Below, piece after piece: positions 52,992-63,479 of a DNA stretch of 64,000 nucleotides (within the stretch, counting starts at the first letter, position 1; the number at the start of each line of letters is the position of its first letter). The position numbers and the translations under genes were made by a program. The notes below the pieces were generated by a model. The model was not told where the DNA came from, ran no database searches, and was given only the letters and a program-made list of their open reading frames with translations. This DNA comes from Mobula hypostoma (taxonomy: Eukaryota), in assembly GCF_963921235.1 (NCBI RefSeq), contig NC_086097.1:222396001-222460000 (forward strand), read 5' to 3'.

Positions 52992-53803
52992 TACATATCA
53001 CATGGTAGCATGGTGACATACACAATTCATGTATTTTTACATATAACCCATATTGAATTACTTAAACAAAGAATGCTTAATGAACAGCATATTTATAAGA
53101 TTACTCAAATATTGCTGAAGTATTAAATACACAACATTGACTAGCAAGATATTTGCTACCTCTGCATTTTGTAGTGTGAATCTTGGCCTCCCATAGACTC
53201 AAGTTATCTCTCCAACTTTCTAGCTTCTCCAACATGGGCTGGAAAGTATCATGAATAGCGGTAACAATTAAAGGCTGCCAAATCCTCTTAAATGGATAGG
53301 ATGGGATGACGGATAGGATGAGGAAAGGGGATACATTGCAGCTGCAGTAGGTGTGAAACACACACTGATCTAAAAACTTTTAAACAATTGCACAGCATGG
53401 CAAAGAATGTGGAAACCAATAAACAGCACAGTTACCATTAGCTACACAAAGCAATCATCAATCATACAAAATTGAGGTGCTGTCTGTATTGCACTCCACC
53501 AGAGCAATATTGCTGCCCATTTTGGAAGATAATTTGGTCCTTGTACAATTTTCAAATGGTTACTTAGTAGATAAAAATATATTGGAAAACAGTGATTAAC
53601 ACATGGTGTTTTCAGATCATATTGCATGCAAGACTCCCATGGCAACGAATAATCACAGCAAACCAGAAGCTTGTTAGCCCAAAATAAACTGTGCATGAAT
53701 CATCAGCATTATATTCTTTTTCATTACACTGTACTTTCATGTTTTTGACCATTTTGGGGCTGAAGATGTTCAGATATTTCATAAGTTATCAGTGTTTCTT
53801 CAT

Positions 53804-53935
53804 AGGAAACGAGAAAATCAGCAGATGCTGAAAATCCAAGCAACACACACAAAATCAGGGTTTCGGCCCGAAATGTTGACTGTTCTCTTTTCCCAGATGC
53901 TACCTGGCCTGCTGAGTTCCTCCAGCATTTTGTGT
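53804..53935. mobile_element. Palindromic PLE terminal insertion
   Basis: Inverted pieces, with a 12-bp direct repeat gtgtttcttcat (53792-53803 / 53936-53947). Confidence 0.85.
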
Positions 53936-54745
53936 GTGTTTCTTCATCAGAAATTTGCAATGATATCAGAAGGATCCTCAAAGGAGTAAATTTCATGTAT
54001 TTGCATTCCCAGTGCGTATTAACGTGATATATTCAGCAATCTCAACATGCATAATTGTCAGAAGTAGTCTCTATCCAATACCCAAGTGGTGCTGACAGAA
54101 TTATCCAGCTTCACTTCTAGTATTTCTTGCTACAAAGCATCAAGACTCTAAGTGCTAGAAAGGAGTTTTTTTTGTGCACAGTAATAACTCTTTAGTTGTT
54201 GCAGCTTACATCAAATTGATTTGCTCCCAGCGTGAGATAGCCACAATCATTCAAGGTCGACCATTGAAACTGGTACAGCTTTGATTTGCCCATTAGCTTT
54301 CTCAAGGAAATCATCTGTCATCATTCAAAAACTGGCTTTATGTAATTTCTGACCCAAAACTGCTGCAAAACCACCTGCTTAATTTTCATGGAGACATATG
54401 AATAGTACACATAAAAGTTCACAACCATATTTGCAATTATACCCAGATTTTCACATTTCACAGGTAGTGAAAAGAATCACTTCCTGTGACTTCACAAGGT
54501 CCACTATGATTACCTGAGCAACATATATGACATCAACTTTATTTTAGACTTGAACTCACTTGTGACCATGAGCAATATCTTTCAGCAAAACCTCTCAGGC
54601 AATACAGCTGTTTAATTTCTTCTTACAGAAACATCTGCATGATGCTAAGCTAGGGCACATCATCAATGATGTTACCTGGGGTCGTCAGATGTTTCGGGTC
54701 TTTCAACATCATACACCCTTGCCCAGGCAACCCAACTGGGGTTGA

Positions 54746-57700
54746 TCAGACCCCGGCCTGTGCCCTAGCAGCAACCCATGGATCTGCCCTCTTTATCCAG
54801 CCATCTTGACGCTTTTTCTGCTGCATCTGTGGTGGTAGAGATGGCTCTCCTCCTCTCTCCCGTGATTCCAAGTGCAGTGTATACTTTGCAGAGCGACTGG
54901 CCTGCAAAGCCACAACACCCAACCTCCACAGGCCAGCACTTTGCTCTGCAGCCTCTTCTTTGACAGTTGTTCTTCAGATTTTCATACTTGGCTCTTTTCC
55001 GCTCATAGGCCTCCTCCATGCGTTCTTCCCATGGCACGGTAAGCTCAAGCATAAGAACATGCTTCGATGAGTCGGACCACAACACAATGTCAGGCCGCAA
55101 TGTAGTCTCTGTGATGTGGGGAGGAAACTGCAGCTGTTTTCCCAGGTCTGGTTTTAGCTTCCAGTCCTGCGCAGTGAAGAACAACCAATTGCTTTCTGGT
55201 GTTCTGTTGGTCTTTCCCCCTCTTTGACAAAGCAGTTGGGTATTCTTGACCAGACCTGTTTTCCGGCAGATGTTAACGGTGCTGCAGATTGTCTCAGCAA
55301 TTGTCCAGAGGGCCTGGTTGTGCCGCCATCGATAACGGCCATCGGCAAGAGCTCTCGGGCAGCAGCTCAGAATATGCTCTAGCGTACCGGTCTTCTCACA
55401 AAGGGGGCAAGCTGGTCGTTCTACAAGGCCCCAGCAGTGAAGGTTGGATGGGCTAGAAAGGACGTCATAAACAGCCTGGATAAGGAACTTGATGCGGTGT
55501 GGATCCACCTTCCAGAGAACATTCCATGTGATCTTTCGCTTGATCACCTACTCCCATTTGGTCCAGGCTCCTTGCTGTTTCATTGCCACTGCTCTGCTGG
55601 TCCTCTCCTCCTCCACAGCTGCTCTTACTTCATTCTGGACCAGTTCTTGTCAGTCTTTCCCTTGTACTTTGTCAAAATGGGGGACTTCAAGGCCTCCAAG
55701 TCCAACTCCTCCCTTGGTGACTGCCCCCAGCAGCACTTTGTGGCGCAGTCGCGCCTCAGCTTCTGCTCTTCACTTTCTTCCAGCTCTCACTGCCACTCTT
55801 GCTCCGGCAACCTTTGGATCTGAAGATTCCTGGCACTGCAGCACCTCTCTTGCCCGCAATACCTTGAACTCCTCCTCAATGGATTTCAGGGGGAGCCTCA
55901 GTTTGCAGTTATTCCTGTACAGAGCAATGCTGCTGATGTTCCTTGGCAAACCCAGCCATCTTCGCAGGAACTGGCTGACTACCCTCTCTAATTCAGCAAC
56001 AGTGGAAATTGGAAACTCAAAGAGAGGCACTGGCCAGAGGAATCTTGGTAGTATACCATGCTGGTAAATCCATGCCTTAATCCGCCCTGGAAGACCAGTC
56101 AACCTCTTGCAACCATTGTTCAAACTCCCCACAGGTGTTTCATATTGCCGCCTTATCTCTGAGCGTTGCATCAAACATCTTCCCAAGACTTTTAACAGGG
56201 TTCTCTGTGGTGGTAGGAATTGGAATGTCCTCAACAGAAAAATGAAATTTCTCCTTTACTCTCCCCTTCTTCAGCACTACAGATCTTGATTTTGCAGGCT
56301 TAAAGGACATCCTTGCCCACCTCATCAACCTTTCCAGCCCCTTAAGAATCCACCTAGCACCAGGCACTGACTCCCTAGTGATAGTCAGATCATCCATGAA
56401 GGCTTCGTATTGGTGGTTGGCGGATCCCAGATCTTGATTTCAGGCCTCGACACTCTGGCTCTGCAGATTTTACCAGCATATTCATTGCCAGGGTGAAAAG
56501 GATGACTGAGATGGTGCAGCCTGTGATGTTACCAATCTCCAGCCTGCACCAGTCTGATGTTATTGGCCCTGTTGAGACTCTCAGCTGGAACTCGTTATAG
56601 TAGTCCATCAGGAGGCCTCTGATTCCTTCAGGAGCATGGTACCTCGTCAGAGTGTCTTCAACAATCCTTGTGGGGGATTGATCCATAGGCATTGGCCAAA
56701 TCCAACCACAAAACCACTAGGTCACCCTTATTCTCTCTGGCCTCTCTCAGGAGCTGTGTGATGACTCCAGTGTGCTCCAAGCAACCTGGTACCCTTGGAA
56801 CACCACCCTTCTGGACGGAGGTGTCGATGTAATTGTTCCTCAGGAAGTACTCTGTTAGGCGCTTTGCCACCACACTGAAGAAGATCTTCTCTTCAACACT
56901 CAGCAAGGATATTATCCTAAACTGGGTGATATTCTCAGTGTTCTCTTCTTTTGGAATCCACACTCCGTTTGCATACTTCCATTGCTTGGGCACTTTGCCT
57001 CTCTTCCAGACGACCTTGAGGATTCTCCACAGCTGCCGGAGAGGCCGGGGGCAGTGTTTGTAGATGTTGTAGGCGGTGCCACTCGGGCCAGGTGCTGAGC
57101 CAGCTCTGGCTTTCTTGACTACTTGCTGAACCTCCTTGAAGAGAGGCTCTCGAAGGTCGAAAGCCTCTGTTGATTCTGCGGAGGCGATGAGGGCATCACA
57201 GTCTCCCAGTTCAACTAATCTGTCTGGGTTACTGAAGGTGCTTCGAAGATGGTGGTCCATCTGTTCCTTTGTAGGACAGCTTTCCGCTTCTCTTCTGACC
57301 CACCAGCTGTTTGGTGAACTGAAATGGGTTGCTGACAAATGCAGATCTTTTAAAACCATAGAAACCATAGAAACTACAGGAAAGAAACAGGCCTTTTGGC
57401 CCTTCTTGGCTGTGCCGAACCATTTTCTGCCTAGTCCCACTGACCTGCACACGGACCATATCCCTCCATACACCTCCCATCCATGTATCTGTCCAATTTA
57501 TTCTTAAATGTTAAAAAAGAACCCGCATTTATCACCTCGGCTGGCAGCTCATTCCATACTCCCACCACTCTCTGTGTGAAGAAGCCCCCACTAATGTTCC
57601 CTTTAAACTTTTCCCCCCCTCACCCTAAACCCATGTCCTCTGGTTTTTTTCTCCCCTTGCTTCAGTGGAAAAAGCCTGCTTGCATTCACTCTATCTATAC

Positions 57701-59038
57701 CCATCATAATTTTATATACCTCTATCAAATCTCCCCTCATTCTTCTATGCTCCAGGGAATAAAATCCCAACCTATTCAACCTTTCTCTGTAACTGGGTTT
57801 CTCAAGTCCCGGCAACATCCTTGTAAACCTTCTCTGCACTCTTTCAACCTTATTTATATCCTTCCTCTAATTTGGTGACCAAAACTGAACACAATACTCC
57901 AGATTTGGCCTCACCAATACAACCTCATCATAACATTCCAGCTCTTATACTCAATACTTTGATTAATAAAGGCCAATGTACCAAAAGCTCTCTTTACGAC
58001 CCTATCTACCTGTGACGCCACTTTTAGGGAATTTTGTATCTGTATTCCCAGATCCCTCTGTTCCACTGCACTCCTCAGTGCCTTACCATTAACCCTGTAT
58101 GTTCTACATTGGTTTGTCCTTCCAACGTGCAATACCTCACACTTGTCAGTATTAAACTCCATCTGCCATTTTTCAGCCCATTTTTCCAGCTGGTCCACGT
58201 CCCTCTGCAGGCTCTGAAAACCTTCCTCACTGTCTACTACACCTCCAATCTTTGTATCATCAGCAAACTTGTTGATCCAATTTACCACATTATCATCCAG
58301 ATCATTGATATAGATGACAAATAACAATGGACCCAGCAGTGAACACTGTGGCACACCACTAGTCACAGGCCTCCACTCAGAGAAGCAATTCTCTACCACC
58401 ACTCTCTGGCTTCTTCCATCGAACCAATGTCTAATCCTGTGCTCTTTCTCTCCTGTGCCTCCGATGTTGCTCCGCTCTTCTCAGAGTTATGAGCCTTTTC
58501 TTCAACATCACACACAGTTCTTCCAGTGGTGCCCTTTCCTCATGGTTTGCTAGTTTATGTTGTTGCTTGAGCACCTTGGGTTCTTTCCGGATTTTGTGGA
58601 TTTTGGTGGCTCTGTTGTTTTAACATATGGCTGTTTGGCCCGCTTCTCTTCCCTGGTACCAAATCTTTCTGCTGCAACAGTTATGATCACTATTGTCATT
58701 ATCTGCAATCTCCTCTCCACACCACCTTTGGCCATTGTTTCCAACACCAGATCTATGTCCTCATCAAATCTTTGCCACTCTGCTGTCTGGCAGGCTTTGG
58801 GCCATCTGATCTGTACAGTCTGAGATGTGATGTTGGGATGCACAGCTTGCACCACGCAGAGGCTCTGGGTACTGTGGGATGCTTCCTGACCCTGCTCCTC
58901 CTCTGTCTCACCAGATTGGGAATCTGTGCATTGTGGTGCTCTCTGTTGCTCTTTACACTTCATCCTTGACCAGTGGATTTTCAAGCCTCTCTGGTTCTTA
59001 CAGATTTTGCCACAGATGCATTCTATACTTGTTGTCAT
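54746..59038 (-). pseudogene. Hero polyprotein (ZF-RT-CCHC-RLE), multiply frameshifted and split by CR1
   Basis: Pieces in ORFs 58550-59095, 56658-57351, 56390-56692, 56140-56397, 55770-56234 and 54765-55547. The ancestral stop (TGA, 54748-54746) is inferred from the second copy, which keeps RWLWIKR...AGV*. Confidence 0.85.
57352..58436 (-). mobile_element. CR1 3' fragment inserted in the Hero ORF
   Basis: VTSGVPQCSLLGPLLFVIYINDL...KFADDTK...WQMEFN, with an (aaaccatag)n tail at 57352-57374. Confidence 0.93.
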
Positions 59039-59840
59039 TTGTCCATTGCACTGGGTTAGTAGCCTTGCAGCTGTCCGGCTGGGAAGCTCTGCCACCCCCT
59101 CACCCCAGGTTTCTCTGGGGGTATTTTTCTATTCTTTGATCCGTAGCCTTCTTGGGTACTCCTTTAAAGGAGCTGTGGTTAAGGCTGCTAACCCACCCCA
59201 CCCCGGTTTGCTGTCTTTCCAGGGAGTCAACCAGACTCTTCCTGGTAGTCATTGGTATTCCAGGAGGTAGTTCTTACGGGAACATCTGCATGATGCTAAG
59301 CTAGGGCACATCATCAGGTGTTACCTGGGGTCGTCAGGTGTTTCGGGTCTTTCAACAACATACACCTTCGCCCAGGCGACCCGACCGGGGTTGATCAGAC
59401 CCCGGCCTGTGCCCTAGCAGCAACCCACAGATCTGCCCTCTTTATCCAGAGCCATCTTGACGCTTTCTCTGCTGCATCTATGGTGGTAGAAATGGCTCTC
59501 CTTCTTCTCTCTCCCGTGATTCCAAGTGCAGTTTATACTTTGCAGAGCGACTGTCCTGCAAAGCTACAACACCCGACCTCCACGGGCCAACACTTTGCTC
59601 TCCAGCCTCTTCTTTGGCAGCTGTTCTTCAGATCTTCATACTTGGCTCTTCTCCGTGCGTTCTTCCCATGGCACGGTAAGCTCAAGCATAAGAACATGCT
59701 TCGATGAGTCGGACCATAACATAATGTCAGGCTGCCGTGTAGTCTCTGTGATGTGGGGAGGAAACTGCAGCTGTTTTCCCAGGTCTGCTTTTAGCTTCCA
59801 GTCCTGCGCAATGAAGAGCAACCTGGTTGCTCTTTGGTGT

Positions 59841-60429
59841 CACACGTCAAAGTTGCTGGAGAACGCAGCAGGCCAGGCAGCATCTCTAGGAAGAGGTACA
59901 GTCGACGTTTCGGACCGAGACCCTTCGTCAGGACTAACTGAAGGAAGAGCTGGTAAGAGATTTGAAAGTTGGAGGGGGAGGGGGAGATCCAAAATCATAG
60001 GAGAAGACAGGAGCGGGAGGGATGGAGCCAAGAGCTGGACAGGTGATTGGCAAAGGGGATATGAGAGAATCATTGGGACAGGAGGCCCAGGGAGAAGGAA
60101 AAGCGGGGGGGGGGGGGAGAACAGAGGGAGAAAAAGGAGAGAGAGAGAGAAAGCATGTATGTATATAAATAAATAACGGCTGGGGTACGAGGGGGAGGTG
60201 GGGCATTAGCGGAAGTTAGAGAAGTCAATGTTCATGCCATCAGGTTGGAGGCTACCCAGATGGAATTATAAGGTGTTGTTCCTCCAACCTGAGTGTGGCT
60301 TCATCTTTACAGTAGAGGAGGCCGTGGATAGACATATCAGAATGGGAATGGCTGCCCTAGCATGCTGCGTTCTCCAGCAACTTTGATGTGTGTTGCTTGA
60401 ATTTCCAGCATCTGCAGAATTCCTCGTGT
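59841..60429 (-). mobile_element. PLE fragment with inverted terminal piece
   Basis: Direct repeat ttgctctttggtgt / ttgctctctggtgt (59827-59840 / 60430-60443); same family as 5856-6345. Confidence 0.88.
59899..59936 (-). ncRNA. Minimal type I hammerhead ribozyme motif, core intact
   Basis: Reverse complement reads tagtc-CTGACGA-a-gggtctcggtcc-GAAAC-GTC-gactg. Confidence 0.8.
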
Positions 60430-61207
60430 TTGCTCTCTGGTGTTCTGTTGTACGGTAGTTTGCTATGTTGCCATTGATAGTATTATTTAAATTTTGGACT
60501 TCTAATCTATATAATTGACCAAATTTTACTGGAGCATGTTTAGACTTGAAGTTGCAAGCTAAAAATGTTCCACAATGTGAAACAGGACTAGTGTGAACTG
60601 CAATGCTGTTTCTCCTCAATCAGATAGGTTGAAGTAAATGAAGAACTAAGAAATAAGGAGTTATGGAGTTATGCAACAAGGGAAATTACTTAGGCCAGTT
60701 CATCTATGTTGATCGTGTTTCCACCAGCTTAATCCCATTTGCCTATGTTTGGCCGATATCCCTCTAAATTTTCCTTTCCCTAAGGTGGAGAAAGAATAGG
60801 TTGGTAAAAAGAGAGAAATAAAAGTAGAAAAAAATTGCAGCAATGAATAAAACCTAAATAAATGAAATAATCGCATTTGTAATAATGATTTTCCTGTTCA
60901 ATATATGATGAACTTTATTTATACTTTCTGCATCAATATGCACGCTTAGTTCATTTCTGTTCTGATGCAGAAAGCAAATGTTCTTTCTCCAATGATAACA
61001 CTGGAACAACTCAATCTTCAGTCTTCAAATAATCAAGTTCAACTGCGAGGCTGCCTCTCTCATGAAGTAAGATTTGACAATAAATACCATCATGCAGATT
61101 TAAGCTCAATACTCTTTTGACTGGAAAATCTGGGGCAATGTACTCTAATTTATTGATTATCAAGTTCAAACTGAAGCTCTATCCCACGTTAAAGAGCAAC
61201 TAAGAGA

Positions 61208-61286
61208 GGCTGCCTGGCCTGCTGCGTTCACCAGCAACTTTGATGTGTGTTGCTTGAATTTCCAGCATCTGCAGAATTCCTGTTGT
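61208..61286 (+). mobile_element. Short PLE terminus
   Basis: gctgcctggcctgctgcgttcaccagcaactttgatgtgtgttgcttgaatttccagcatctgcagaattcc, nearly identical to 60351-60424. Confidence 0.8.
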
Positions 61287-62029
61287 TAACTTTCATGTAT
61301 ATCTTTTGATGATTGTCGTTTAAAAATAAACCTTGTACTCACTTTCACAATCGATCTAGGGTGGAACTTTAAATTATTCAGCCTGATGGTTAAAAATTTG
61401 CAGGTAAAACCTTTTCATTAAGAAATTGTAATCACCAGTAATTTTCCGACTGAAGTGCAAAACTAAATATACCCATATATTTTGATTATTAAAAAATTGT
61501 ATTATTTTTATGCTTCATGACATTGTTGTGTTCAGAGCTACAGTTGGAATCACATTTTGAATAATTTCATTTGTCAAGGGACTGTACTGTATCATGTCAG
61601 AAATTGATCACAGTACTGAAAAGGAATCAAGGCTGATTACATTTTATTTAATTGCTATTCCAAAAATGCTTGCAATTGTGTGTTATTAATTAGATCAAAA
61701 AGTAATAAAGGGAATGGAAAAAAAATATTTCATTAATTATGTTTATTTTACCACTGATTAATCTATAGAAATCTGCAAGTGCAATAAGTTGCAGCCATTG
61801 GAGTATGAAGTGCAGTATTAGCTCAGAAATTACCAGAGTAGTGGACCCAAATTTTTGTTCACAATAGTGCAATTTGTTGGATTTGTTAGAAAAGGCTGGT
61901 TTAATTGGTTATTTTAAAAATTCCTACAATTCATTTAAGTCCTTTTTCAGTGCCAACAACTTCTTGGTGGTGCATTGTGGCAATTCTCATAATTTGATAC
62001 TTTTGGTAGAGAAAAGTAAAGTCTGATAA

Positions 62030-62140
62030 AGGGTCTTTGCCATAAAGCTACAAATCAGTGCCTCTTTCCACAGTTGCTGCCTGACCTGCAGAATGTTTCC
62101 AGCATTTTCTGCTTTTATTTTATATTTCCATCATCTCCAG
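62030..62140 (+). mobile_element. Old PLE terminus
   Basis: gtctgataaagggtc...gctgcctgacctgc...ccagcattttctg...tttccatcatct. Confidence 0.6.
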
Positions 62141-62209
62141 TTTCACTTTTAATTTTTAAGTGAATGTGCTTCTCCCCTCAATTTCCCCTTTCTCAATGTC
62201 TGCATTTAA

Positions 62210-62460
62210 ATTAAGATATGAAATTGCTGTCTGTGGGATGAGTTGAAGTGTAACATGGGTGCAAAATCAAAAAAAGTGATGAATACAGGACAGAAGGTTT
62301 TATATTTGAATGTATGCAGTATACAGAATAAGGTGGATGATTTTGTAGCACAGTTAAATTGGCAGGTAAGATGTTGTGGGCATCACTGAGACGTGGTTGA
62401 AGGAAGATCATAGTTAGGAGCTTAACATCCAAGGATACACATTGTATCGAAAGGACAGGA
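62210..62460 (+). mobile_element. CR1 ORF2 N-terminal (APE) fragment
   Basis: KVLYLNVCSIQNKVD...DVVGITETWLK...LNIQGYTLYRKDR. Confidence 0.8.
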
Positions 62461-63479
62461 GACAGAATCTGTAAATGAAGGGAACATATTGAAAATGGCT
62501 GAGTACTGTAATAAATAAAACTTTTGAGATGAAATTGTTATTTTTGTGAGAGCATAAAATTCTCAATACTAAATCTCTATCCCTATCATGTAGGTCAATT
62601 TTTGAATTTTATTTCTTATGTTTATTTTTACCTATTTGTGACTAATATCTCAGAAGCTTTCATTAATTTAATAACTTCCATTATAGCCAGGTATGGCAGT
62701 TAACATTTCACAAATAAATATTAATCTGTGGCATGGTAAGTTTACCTTATTTGTTAATATTTGAATGAGACAAGACATAGAATCTTCTGATTGTACTCTC
62801 AAATGGATAGAGAAACATCTCACGACAAGGTTTTGAAGAACGGGATATTTTCCAGTTCTACATGGCAACCAGAATTGAACACAATACTTCAAGTGTAGTC
62901 TAAACAATCAATTGTACAAATGTAAAAATACATCCCAACTACCAGATTCAATGTGTTAGCTGATGAGGAGAAGTATATCATACGCCTTCACCATGAGAGG
63001 AAAGGGCAAGAATCAGACTGTGGCAGGATGGTATTCAGGTATCTTGAGACAGGTTTGTTAGTGCCCGGTAGTGGTAATTAAGCCTGAGCTTGTAAAAAAT
63101 GTGAAAATTGCATCTTACCTTGAGAAGCCTACAGTTCCTTTCACTTCCAACCTTCCAAATTAATAGAAATCCTGCACAGCTGCATTAAATTTTGAATCAG
63201 ATTCCAAGTTACATTACAGGAGATGTAATGCATTAATCTCCCTGTTAATTTTTCTTGTTCCTATTTTCTCCAATCCTTCAACTTCCATCATGTGGATATT
63301 AGTAAGAAGGAGAACGTTCCTAGCACAACAACGTCATTAAATTGATTTTATTTACCTCTGGTAGGGACAAGACTGTTTTAAAACTTATTAAGCTTATTCA
63401 CTTCTATTCAGATATTTTATTTCTATCAACTTCACTTGAGAGATGCAGAGTTGTTTACTGACTCTCTTATCGATGTTAT

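Larger units (their letters stand above)
51465..53136. mobile_element. Solo LTR (outer), split by nested insertions
   Basis: TGTT...AACA termini with a 5-bp TSD ttgac (51460-51464 / 53137-53141). Confidence 0.7.
54620..59270 (-). mobile_element. Near-full-length Hero-clade (R2-group, RLE-type) non-LTR retrotransposon, decayed
   Basis: Single-ORF layout. N-terminal zinc finger CICGKICKNQRGLKIHWSRMKC; RT motifs SAPGPSG, FRIISLLSVEEKIF, WLDLANAYGSIPH, GCTISVILF and MDD; CCHC knuckle CPLC...TLEHILSCC; YRWRHN; restriction-like endonuclease LRPDIVLWS...LELTVPWEE...KRAKY. Confidence 0.9.
59271..60450 (-). mobile_element. Second, 5'-truncated Hero copy (3' ~580 nt), interrupted by a PLE at 59841-60429
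   Basis: Collinear with 54620-55209 from ttcttac onward: AQDWKLKADLGKQLQFPPHITETTRQPDIMLWSDSSKHVLMLELTVPWEE. Confidence 0.92.

Noticed and set aside
54680..54720. Hammerhead-like words (TGATG...CGAAAC) in the Hero 3' structure
   Set aside because: There is no CUGAnGA box, and the flanking strands pair directly with each other, which is incompatible with a three-way hammerhead junction.
55489..56067. 192-aa plus-strand ORF and other plus ORFs over 54778-60176
   Set aside because: Antisense shadows of the Hero ORF and the PLE.
54620..59840. Direct repeats at both ends of the Hero element read as LTRs
   Set aside because: The repeat is the coding 3' end plus UTR, lacks TG..CA ends and a PBS, and the protein is a non-LTR RLE type.
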